NCBI GenBank assembly: GCA_050230475.1
Contig: JBFLGF010000181.1
Coordinates: 1-53,974, forward strand
Length of the DNA stretch: 53,974 nucleotides
Reading direction: 5' to 3'
Origin: Ancylonema sp.
Lineage: Eukaryota
This document shows, piece by piece, positions 1 through 10,839 of the stretch (the first letter of the stretch is position 1; each line of letters starts with the position of its first letter). The translations under genes and the position numbers were made by a program. The notes below the pieces were generated by a model, which had not been told where the DNA came from, did no database searches, and saw only the letters and a program-made list of their open reading frames with translations.

Positions 1-1689
1 TTCCGCCTTTCCACCTCCGTAGAGAAAGCGTCTCTCTGCACGCAACCACGGACAGGAGAAGTGAATTGCATGCCGTGGAAGCTGACAGCACGCGTTTTGG
101 GCTCCAAGAACCCCATGGTCTTCTCCTACGATGCACTGGTGGTCACTGTGAGAAAAGAACACTTCCTTCTGCCTCCTTCTGGCTTCCTATATGAGCGTTT
201 TGCACATTCGTAGACAACACATTTTGCTGCAGGGTGCAATCATAAACGGTGACGGATCCCCCCTTCTTTCTTGCTGCCCACTCTTCTCGTTTCTGGAACC
301 CAAGCAACTCTGAGTCCGTTCATCTTCTCTCCACCCCCACTCCTGCGCACATTGCCTTTCAAATGGGGATTTCCTTTCCAGTCTTTGCTCTCCTCTTTTG
401 TGGGGGGCAGTAAAAACCGTGAACTGGCCACAAAAGCCGAGTGAGAAAAACGCACGCCTACCTCCCCACCACCCCTCAAAATCAATAACAAATTAACTGC
501 GCCAAGCCATCCTCCCACCACCCAACCCCCTCTGCCCCCTAGTACTCTCCCAAGGTGGTATCAAGCTGCCTAAAGTGGTAAGTGATGGGGGGGGGGGGGG
601 TGGTGGATGTTGCTCTGCAGTTGGGAGATCCAGTTGAGGGTGAGAAGCGACCTTTCTGACCTTGTAGGAGTGAGGGGACCTCCCGTGTTCACGCAGTGAG
701 TGGAGGGGGGGAGGGAGGGGTTCCTAAGGCACACCCCGCCCTGTATATAGGCACATTTGGCATGGAGTCGAAATGTGACTATTCAGAGGTGACGATGGAG
801 GTGGGAACGTTTGAAGGACTAACGGAGGGAAGTTTTGATTTGAGTTCTGCGGTTTTCATACCCACTCTTTTTTTCCCGTGTTTATGACAGACATGTGTTT
901 TGGGGGAAGTCCTTCCTTTGGTTTGGGGGAATATGGCGTCTCCTACGCGGATGTGCTGAAAGCGATCGACAAGTTGGAGGCTGATCTGCCCGCTCTGGTC
1001 TATGCAGGTAGGAAGTGCAGTGGCAAGCATGGACAGCTCTGGGGGGGAGGTACGGAGTGAACCCAAGAATATTCTGAGGAACTCCCGTGCTGATGGAGAC
1101 GAGTTCGGATGTATGAATTTCCTAGATGTGGAGAATTTGCTATTTGTGATGCCGCCTGTGTTCATTGCGGACATATAAAGCTGTGTGTCTACGTTTCGCA
1201 GGTAATCACAGAGGCGGGCTGGCTGTGGGCAAGGCGCTGATGTCGGGGTACGAGGCTGGTGGAGTGGTGGCTGGTCGCTTGCGGGCGCAACAACAGAGTA
1301 TGGTAGAACAGTGAATAGCTGAGGAAATGAAAGAATTACCACTTACAAATGTAAAAAATGCAGATTTGGGTCAGCTTTGATACAGAATGGCAACCGGATT
1401 TCCGAGCATAGCATAAGTGATCCTAACATTTCGTCCCTCGGATCCTAGAACTGTATACATAGAGTTGTCCCCTCTGTCTTTTGGCACCCCTTTTGGTGGT
1501 AGAGTTTGGTGCCTACATAGAGAGGGTGCTCATCAAGAGAGAAGAAATAGAATCCTGATTTGATTCGGGAATCGTGTTTCTCCATGTTTGGTGCCTCTAA
1601 AAAGGGGTGCCCCTGGGGAGAATTGTTAAGTTCTGCATATCTTCGTCCATGTTTTGCTAAATGTGGTGCCTTTATGTAGGATGTGCCCA

Positions 1690-1927
1690 TCGTAGTGGCC
1701 ACACATAATGACCCTCAAATAAATATGAAAAGGGTGGGTCGGGTCAAATCAAATTATACAATGTCCGTAAAAAGAGGGCCGTTCTATAATGTGGGATACT
1801 GGATAATAAATGTAATGAAGGAGTTCGGGATTTTTTCTATTGGGTGCGCGGACGGGTCAATTGGTGGTTCATCGGCTAAAATTAATTGTTTTTTTCAAAC
1901 CCGGGTCATTATGTGTGACCACTACGG
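1690..1927. mobile_element. Tc1/mariner-like MITE (~238 bp)
   Basis: 24-bp TIRs cgtagtggccacacataatgaccc (1691-1714) and gggtcattatgtgtgaccactacg (1903-1926), 1 mismatch. Right end followed by TA; left TSD degenerate (CA). No coding capacity. Confidence 0.65.
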
Positions 1928-2652
1928 TACGGTACAGCGCTTATGTAGAGGGGGCTGACTGTAATATCATCTAGAAAACAAACTTTGTGAAACTGATTTG
2001 TTTGACACGATTGCATGGTCAGTGAATGATTACGAGAGGCGAAGCGCCCCAAGTGCTGAAAAAGTGAATGTAGCACCTAGAGACAATCATGAAGTGTGGA
2101 TAATGTTGTCTCCACTTACATAATCTTTGAGATTCAAATATATTCCGTACATTCGTTTAAAACAAGGCACTAACGAGTTTTCTTGGTGTTCACAAGAACA
2201 AACATACGAAGCATTTGTGTAGTGAAATACGACGTCAAATATAAAGATGGTGTGTGGGTATGTGTGGTGTTGTAATGCAACACATGTGCATCCGCATATA
2301 TATGTGCATTACGTTTTGAATTATATACGTTGATGCAATTTATATCTACATTGTTTTTTTATGTGTCATACAATCAACATGTATGTTTGCATTTCTATAG
2401 TGAATGCCATGTCATGAGTACCCGCTAGGGATGGGGCCGAGCCCGCAGTGTTGCTGCTATCTTCTGCCATCGATGCAAGTAACAGTCTTCACACTCTTGA
2501 AGCAAACATTCACAGCGTTACAAATATACACAACAAAAGTGCAAGTTTGAAGTAGATTGACTTATTGCAGAATGTTGCGTGCAAGTCCTGACTGAGTCCA
2601 ATCGAGTGTGATCCGTGCCCCCTCCTAGTCAAAGATCTCTTGTGATCGAAAC

Positions 2653-4129
2653 CATAGTTACCCGAACCCTCGGAACCGGGTTCGGAGGTCCGCATCTCGG
2701 ACCGGAGTCCGTCCTTCGAGGCCCAAAAGTTCGGACCGGCGATTTGGGGTTATTTCTGTTTTTATATGTTTTTATATTTTTTCCTAGCTCAAAAAACTTC
2801 GGAAATAATTTTTTATTGTGTATTTTTTTAATGTGCATCTATTAAAATATACAAAAAAAACATTTGACATTAATGAACGAAAACCCAAAAACCAAGTTGC
2901 ACACTTGCTTTTTCGATAAATTTTATCTGAGTGTTATTTCCTTCCACTCTCCCTACACTACTCAAAGCAATTGGCCGAATTGCATTTATCATTCTCTACT
3001 AATGAAATGAAATACATCAATACTCACATGCCATGAAAAAATGATACAATGTTTACAAACGAATATTGGATTTTGAAATATTATAATTGTGGACATATTT
3101 ATTCTTTCAAGTTGCTTCATTGTTTCATGTTGTTCAATTGGCGGAAATCCTCCGAGATGGGGGTCACACGCCTCGGAAAAGGTCTGGGGACAGAGGATGA
3201 AGCCCTTGCCGGCGAGGAAACTTGAGGAGGGTCTATCCGCCATAGCCTGCAGGGAGGTCGGAGGTCGTGTGGGTGGAGGAGGTGGCGGACGAGGATCCTC
3301 CATCTCTAGCGACAGAATCGATTCGGTGACCTCGGATGAGACCGTGGCACAAGGGCAAAACGCCTGCCTCCCGGATGCCGAGCAGATGGGCTCTCAATTT
3401 AGTTGCGGAGCCAACAATGGACTTGTCCCAAGAGATGCATTTGTACCTCTTGGCACCTCCGCCAATAGTGATACTTTCCGCACTATCGTGAAATGCTTCT
3501 TAACAGCGACGGCCACAGTTGTGTTCATGGTGGAATGCAGAGGTGAGACCGGAGTGAAAAAGGGGTGGGTAGATGAGTCAAAGAAGACGAGTGGGTAGGG
3601 GGTATTCAATTGTGCCAATGTATGTTGGCGCGAAATGAAGTTGCCTTTATGCGAGCAAAATTGTCCGCCAATTACATAGCGAACATGAATCATAGAAACT
3701 TGACCATCTCCCATACTTGCATGGTTTGACTATCTCCATTAGCTTCAAAAATCAACGGTTTTTTATGAAATCAACGGTAGGAAGGGCGGAAATTTACAGA
3801 ACAGATAAGCCAATGAGATAGAGCTAAGGGTACTGGACAAAATCTCCATTAGCTTCAAAAATCAACGGTTTTTTATGAAATCAACAGTAGCTTGTGCTTC
3901 TCGTTTACATATTTTCTGACATGTTTTAGGCACCAAGCGTGTCACATATGGTGCCCAGACGTCATACCGAGGGCTGCAAAAAAAAAAAAAAAACATCCCG
4001 CTAAACGCTCCTTCAAAAATACCCGCCAAAAAAAAAACCCTAAGAACCGCGCGGTCCGTCCCGGTCCGCATCTCGGACCGGGGCAGACCTCGGTTCGAAA
4101 ATGTGATTTTTCCGGTTCGGGTAACTATG
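2653..4129 (-). mobile_element. Non-autonomous hAT DNA transposon with BED zinc-finger remnant
   Basis: Perfect 16-bp TIRs catagttacccgaacc / ggttcgggtaactatg. Target duplication atcgaaac, offset by 4 nt on the right. Minus-strand KCISWDKSIVGSATKLRAHLLGI (~3375-3445) resembles the BED finger of plant hAT transposases. Confidence 0.8.
3732..3890. repeat. 49-bp direct repeat, 2 copies 110 bp apart, inside the hAT element
   Basis: atctccattagcttcaaaaatcaacggttttttatgaaatcaac(g/a)gtag at 3732-3780 and 3842-3890. Confidence 0.9.
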
Positions 4130-5893
4130 ATTGATCGAAACTACTAGTCAACACCAATAGTATTCAAGCAATGTGCCACATCATCTAAACTTATCGACAA
4201 ACTGCCAGATGACCAAAACTAACATCACAATCATATCGACGGGCAAAACGACAAAATCGAAAAAAACTAAAAACTTAACTTCCGAAAAAGCACTGAAATC
4301 GATATACTAACAAAAGTTCTCAGCCCCTAAAAACTAACACGCAGCCCCACTTAGTCGGTTGCCCCGGTAGGGCTGTTGCAGACCCCGCCCCCATGTTTTG
4401 AAACAAGGCTTGTCCAGCCCCGTGCTTGGGGTTGGGGAATAAGTGGGTTGCGGGGCTGGGTAGGTGCGGGATGGTGCTGGGTGGGGCTCCGTTGGGCTGC
4501 GTGGGGCTGCATGGGGTTGGGGTGGGACAAATTTTACGGGGGCATATATCATCGTAGGATAAGATTGAGATTTCTATCTACGTTGTACATATTTTTGGGG
4601 AAGACTTGACTAGGGGTTTTGATTCACGACCATCGTCACTTGGAAAATCTAATGTAATCAAATGTTATATCGCAACAATCACGTGAAATACTACGCGATT
4701 TACGTAAGGTGAAAATTGACGCAGTATGGTTTACGAATCACGTCCGAACAACATTGGATGAGAGTAATATATGTAGAACTTCTGCGGTAGAAGCGTCATT
4801 CTACAAGGTCATGTCGTGAACGTCGTAGACCCTTATACGAAGATGGCACCGATAGTGGTTGAACGATTCTTGAAGGTTTATGTACGAATCGCATCGCTCG
4901 TTGTCTCGGGCATGATGAGGCTAGGTGGGATTTCATGAAGTTGTGTGGAGTTATGTTTGGCTGCGAAGACGCGTAGCCCCGAGCCCCTACGGGTTTGGAG
5001 ATTCGCCTCATCCTTAATACGCTTACACTCGTGTATTATTGGATAAATGATAAAAATATTACATACATAACTCCTTGTTGGTCCAGGCATGGCAATGGCA
5101 ACCTCTTGTACCGCCCGTTCTCATTTTCGTATGTACCTTTCGAAGATTAGCATAGTTTGAAATGAATTTGAATCTTATGGATATCGATCGGTTGAGTAAC
5201 AGCTGTGGTGTTCAAAGTCTTCCATCGTTAGCCCTACAATTTGATATACCTGGTGGCACCAGGTGAGAACGTGCACCAGGGTGGTGCACGTTCTCTCGTT
5301 TGCGATATTTCACGAGGCTCATTGAAGGAGGAACTGTACACTTTGAAGGCCTTCATAGAGCAACGGACGGATTTGAAACTAGGTCGCATTTCGGTATTGA
5401 TTTCGGTATTCGATAATATGCGGCGCCTCTTTTTGCCCAGTTACGGACCGGACCCGATCCGGATTGGCGCCGGATTGGAAAACCCGATAGAATTGAGATT
5501 AACACACACACACAACCACACACGCACACATACCTCCGATCAAGAATTTTTGAAATATCTATATACACGGAAATGCGTGCATGTATGCACATGACTGTAA
5601 AGAGGATGAGGGGATTCAAGAATTCCCACTTCGTGTAACTAACAAAATAATATAAAAGGTACACACTCAAGATTTGAATAGCTCATTATAAAAGTCACTC
5701 TCTTCTCTTTAAAAAAAAAATGAGGGGAAGGGGCTTGCAACTTGTGCATCAAATATATTGGAGATACAAACATATTCTATCACATGGATTACTATTATAC
5801 ATGAAAGAGATTCCCCGACTGTACTTTGGATACTTTTATTTACGGCTAGCGAAATTTGAGTCACATGTTTAGAGTGCAAGATCATGCGGCGAC

Positions 5894-6839
5894 TTAGGTC
5901 AACTTTAATTTGGACTCTTGACGCTCTCCAACAACCTTTGATGCTTTTGTTAGAAATAAGAGGCCAAGGGATATGAACGCAATGCCTAGTAACCACTGCA
6001 CCACCGCAAAACATAGCCATGATCAATCCACCACAAAAAAATTTACCCCCATGTCGTTTTCTAGCAACAAATTGCCAGCTTGGAAGTGACTGGTACATGG
6101 GAAAAGCTTGAATAGAGTGCGGAATTGCTGGTGCAACAACATGTGACACGTGCTACGAGCCGAATGAAACGGCCTCCGAATCATAATCTGGAAAAAGGGG
6201 AGAGGGGATGCGGAGTGCATTCTTGTGACAAGTCTCACCTGCGGGCGTGGTTTCTCTTGGAAAATGATGAGGCCAAAAACACCCGAGCAAAACAAGTTAG
6301 ACGCCATATTCAGCACTGTAGCGGTTAGAGATGACAGCGACTGCAGGCTTCGAACATACAAGCTCCACATTGCGACATTGCAGGCAACCAGTATGGCGTA
6401 GCAGATCACGCGCAGTCCCACTTCTAACTGCAGAGTGACGACAGAAGCAGGAACTTCATAAACCGGTATCTGGCCCCATACAGTTCGAAGAATCAGGCAT
6501 CTTCAGTAGCCGACCTACGAGTTGAGAGCAAATCGACATCATAACAACGAGAATGGTTGACAATTGAATGTCACATTCCGCCTCACGGCCGGTCCTGGTC
6601 CTGTATTTGAGTGCTTGCATCCGAGTAGTAATTCTACGTCATCTTCCGGTAGCCAATTTGATTTCGGAGGTCAAGAGCATTACCACGTATAAGCGTTCTG
6701 GACTGAACGGACTCTTATGTTCAAGCAGTTGAAGCACAGGAGGCAGGATTGCGCCGCCCCCCAACTTCCCGAATACAGATGCTAGGGCTGCGCAGGCGCC
6801 TGCTGCGGCACAGATCACGAAATCGCCGGATCGGACCAT
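5894..6839 (-). CDS. TMEM42: TMEM42-like small multi-pass membrane protein (DMT/EamA-like), ~148 aa, 3 exons: 6839-6684, 6427-6239, 5995-5894
   Basis: GT-AG introns, all phase 0. Product MVRSGDFVICAAAGACAALASVFGK...NVAMWSLYVRSLQSLSSLTATVLNMASNLFCSGVFGLIIFQEKPRPQWLLGIAFISLGLLFL matches the TMEM42 family pattern. Confidence 0.8.
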
Positions 6840-7439
6840 GAGAGTGGCGTAGGAACTTCTAACCCATCGACAGCATAGACTACTAGACGCTCCTACTCCT
6901 ACAAGCTCTCCCGTTTGATAATGAAGAAGTATCCGGCGTCTCCCCCGTCCCCCGTCCCCCTCCCCCGTCGACGGGGGACCGTCCCCGGCTGGGAGTACGG
7001 CGTCCCAGCTGCATCGGTCGACAACGGGGGGGCTAAACGGCGGACAAATCAGAGGTTCTCAATTGAAAATATGGATCAACTCAAACTTTGTATGAGCGCA
7101 TAGCTCGGACTTATCGGACGGTTAAACTCCCACCAACTCCGCACGCGCGAATACCAAACTGCTGAAATCGATTTCAAAATTGAAAGTGTAGGCTCTCATT
7201 GGTTCAGCTTTGAAACTTATCCACGGTCAGGATGAGTGAAAAAACTGCATCGGACGGCCAATTTGACGGACCCAAAGTGACGGGCGTTTCAAATTTTGCG
7301 AACCACCTCCATCTGCACATACTTCACGAGTTTATCAGCCCTTCGCCTTCGCAGTGGATACAACGCCCCTATCGCCTTCACATCTCACGGCAGTCAGTAC
7401 TCCCTTCAATCCTTAAGTTGTCACTGCACATCCTTCATC
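6840..7439. promoter_or_regulatory. Divergent promoter region between the TMEM42-like gene and H2A (600 bp between ATGs)
   Basis: Head-to-head genes. CCAAT boxes (7198-7202 reverse, 7258-7262), three TTTGAA/TTCAAA motifs and repeated (A/G)ACGG motifs. Function is inferred. Confidence 0.5.
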
Positions 7440-8002
7440 ATGTCTGGACGAGGAAAGAGCTCTGGAAAGAAGGCCGTCAGCCGATCCTCAAAGGCTGGGC
7501 TGCAGTTTCCCGTAAGCTATTCAACTATTTTGACGAGTCAGTGGTTTAGAGTGATATTGAATTTAGTATCTGTGCGTACTTGGTGGTTGGTTCTGGATGT
7601 ATCATTATGTAAGAAACTGTGATCATATGGATGGCTTCTGAATTACTGTGATCATATGGATGGCTTCTAACTTTCAACGTTTTCTGATGACAGGTCGGGA
7701 GAATCGCCCGGTTCCTGAAAGCTGGAAAGTATGCCACTCGTGTGGGTGCCGGTGCGCCTGTGTATCTTGCGGCAGTTCTCGAGTATCTTGCCGCTGAGGT
7801 GCTTGAGCTGGCAGGAAACGCTGCCCGCGACAACAAGAAGACCCGTATTGTCCCCCGACACGTACAGCTGGCTGTGAGGAATGACGAGGAGCTTAGCAAG
7901 CTGCTGGGCAAGGTCACCATCGCCGCCGGCGGTGTTCTCCCCAACATCCACTCCATCCTCCTGCCCAAGAAGTCTGCGGCTGGAAAGAGCACCCCCGAGT
8001 AA
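7440..8002 (+). CDS. H2A: Histone H2A, canonical plant type, 126 aa, 2 exons: 7440-7511, 7694-8002
   Basis: [126 protein letters not shown]. Intron gtaagc...gacag, phase 0. Confidence 0.98.
7616..7668. repeat. Tandem duplication (29-bp period) in the H2A intron
   Basis: actgtgatcatatggatggcttct occurs twice. Confidence 0.9.
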
Positions 8003-8019
8003 ATTGTGACCTGTAAATA

Positions 8020-8045
8020 CCAAATGGTGTTTTTAAACACCACCA
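8020..8045 (+). promoter_or_regulatory. Histone 3' UTR stem-loop (replication-dependent histone type)
   Basis: CCAAAT-GGTGTT-TTTA-AACACC-ACCA: 6-bp stem starting GG, 4-nt U-rich loop, CCAAA-like 5' flank and ACCA 3' flank. Stem starts 24 nt after the stop codon. Confidence 0.8.
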
Positions 8046-9566
8046 TTTTTTTGAAATTCATTTACTTCTGCAACAGTAGGACAATTGTTGTTTGATGTCT
8101 ATTGTAGCATTTATTCCAACTTATCCCCATCGTCTATCAACATATGAAATAACATAACATTATAGAAAAGTTTGACGATGAGTCTAATTTTCGAATAAGG
8201 CTATTTGTAGAGTATTTTTGTCGAGCTTTTCTGAATGTTATGTATATGACTTTCCGCCCTATTGTTGGAGCGGGTGTAGTTTCCATAAATACAAAAGCAT
8301 CATTTTTTTTATTTTATGATCAATGTTTTCCTTCTCTACTTGCATTGAGCCAGCGATTCTGAATTCATGTACATCGTACTCGGAGCAATGTCGTGTATTT
8401 AGCTTCTGTATATATTTTTGGGACTCCCATGATGCTGTGGCTGACGGCAATCTGATCCTCATTGTTGGGTTTAATGCTTGGAATGCTTGGCTTTCTCTTC
8501 ATAACAATGTCTCCAATGTCTTTTGGGTGCTTGGTGTATCTAAATGTGACTATTGACTTGCACTCATGTGTCCACATGAATGGCATTCGTATGTTTTTCG
8601 TATTGTGCATGTTTTTCCTTGCTCGTTGTTTACAGTCCATGAAGTGAAAACGTCATGTGAGCGTTCATTTTGCAAGGATTATTCAAATTGAATAACATGA
8701 ATTATGTATGTTGTTACCACGAATTCAGAACGGGGTTGTCGTGTTTTAATCAAACCCCATAAGATTGCCAAGCAAATCGGGTGGAAGGCATAGTTGGGTC
8801 ATTGGCTCTCGCGTCCGGAGCGTGAACCGAGCGCGCTTGATTCGTGCTTGCAAATCTTCCGAGCGGCTTGTGCCCTTAGACGGGACGCGTTTCCCCCATA
8901 ATACCCGCATTTCAGATTTCATGGCATGCTCGCGTACTTTGCGTGTACCTAGCGCACTCGGTACACGCTCGCCGAACGCCAAACGACTCGTGCTCGTGTT
9001 CACACCATGATTGCGATGATGAGCATTGATTGGAGAACTTACATGGGATTCAAACTACGTAAAAACGACTTGGTTGTTTGAAAGCCGAATATTCTATTGC
9101 GCTAACTCCTTAGCGCTGTGGATTGATCAAATATAAGAATTTTCATTGAATTTCAACAATGAATGGAACAAATGGTGAGGAATGCATTTGCACTTCAAAA
9201 TCTGGCTACAAGGTGCCATAAAACATCTGGTGCAGATGGTGAAATTAATCAGACTCGTTATCATTGATTTATTGATCAATTATTGATCACAGTCAGAAAC
9301 ATAGTTGCTCCCGATCCATCCCGGACCTTGATCCGGATAGACAACTGATCTGGAACGGCACAGGAGCGAAGATTTCTTGATTCGATCAGGCCCAACAAGG
9401 CAAGTGCTTCAAAGCTAAACAACTCGTTTTTGAGGCGCATTTGATTTTTATTTTTTTATTGATTTTCATCTATGGCGCCCGCGAAACCAGAAGGTGTGGT
9501 CTGAATGTGAGATACCGCAGTGTTATATTGCCACTTCGGTAATTACTATGTACGGCCACTTTCGAC

Positions 9567-9823
9567 CATAGTTACGTCCCAGACCGTCCGGGAATCTTTG
9601 GACGCGTCCGGGACGCGTCCCGGACGCCACAACCAAAATTTGATGTCCATATCTTTGGAACCCCCAGATTTGTGTAACTTCTTGAAGATTTTTATTTTTA
9701 TTTGTTTTTGCATCTTAGTTGCGTCCCGGACCGTCCGGGGATCTCCGGACGCATCCGGGACGCGTCTGGGGCAGGACGCATCCAAGACGCGACCGGGATC
9801 CTCGCATCCGATACGCAACCATG
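9567..9823. mobile_element. hAT-family MITE (257 bp)
   Basis: Perfect 8-bp TSD ctttcgac (9559-9566, 9824-9831). Imperfect TIRs catagttacgt / acgcaaccatg. Internal repeats of gacgcgtccggga. Confidence 0.85.
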
Positions 9824-10839
9824 CTTTCGACCCTGGATACTTTACGTTGTGATTCGTGAAATTTTACATTTTACAGAGAAACTTGGTAATTTCAACGTGT
9901 AATACCCATTTTTTGTGACATGTAATATAACATTCACAACCGTAATCCTACTACCGCCTGACTGGCATTTTGGGACCACGGAAACCTGATCCGCCAATCC
10001 GTGCACCTATATTTTGAGGGGTGTTCATGGGACAATGAGTAGCTCAAATCCTCACGAAATTGGGACATCCAATTTTGTCAAGTTTGGTGTGTCAAAAAAT
10101 TTCGTCGTCTCCTCGTCGCATTGAGATTTTTTAGATACGTTGAGCATACATATTGCATGTGTGATAAAAGAAGGTAGTGTAGCATCCTTTTACCAATCAT
10201 ACATGTACGTGTTTAAGTAAGCTTGTGCTTGTGCTTGAAGTCCAACACATTGTCAGTGCCCCCCTCCGTACATACACACACAAGCACCCTGTTGCACTGA
10301 AGCATGTGCACCTCTATATATGTCACCTATACATCACTTATCTTTTTTCTCTCCCCATATGTCACCATACCATCATACCCACAAAGTAATGGGATGGAGA
10401 GAACAATGGGATGGATCCTGATGGCCCTTCAATGAAATCATGACGACTGCGAAGGGTTCACATCATTCACGACCCATAGTTTGGTTGGAAATTGTCAAGT
10501 TTGGACACAAGCGAGATAAGGCTCATAGTAAAATCATGTGTTGTCTTGTCATTACAATTTGAAATTACCGACAATTAATGAATAGTTCCTTACAACCGGA
10601 ACTGAACATGAGCCGGTGTTGCTTGTCGTTCTCGATATCAATTGGAGATCATCCTAGAAATTTCTGGACATTTCTACAAAGAAATGGATATGCACATTGA
10701 AGAGAGGTCAAAGTGCTCAATCTGCTGGCCCACTCCATAACCACAACTATCATATACAAGTGCCTCAATGCTACATTATGTTGAAATAACCGATATGGTT
10801 TACGCCATTCGTCTTTGCCATATTGCCTACTCCACCAAC

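Larger units (their letters stand above)
2449..4339 (-). mobile_element. Solo LTR of Ty1/copia family A, split by a hAT insertion
   Basis: TG...CA ends and 5-bp TSD CGCAG (2444-2448 and 4340-4344). Pieces 2449-2652 and 4130-4339 are the reverse complement of the LTRs at 38349-38766 and 48494-48898. Confidence 0.9.

Noticed and set aside
7970..8002. H2A.X or H2A.W variant call
   Set aside because: The tail ends KSTPE, with no SQE(F/Y) or KSPKK motif.
8022..8052. Bacterial rho-independent terminator (hairpin plus T run)
   Set aside because: The context is a spliced eukaryotic histone gene and the geometry fits the histone stem-loop.
9300..9550. Further CATAGTT-ended hAT MITEs (also starts at ~8789 and 30013)
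   Set aside because: Only one convincing end each and no TSD, so boundaries cannot be supported.
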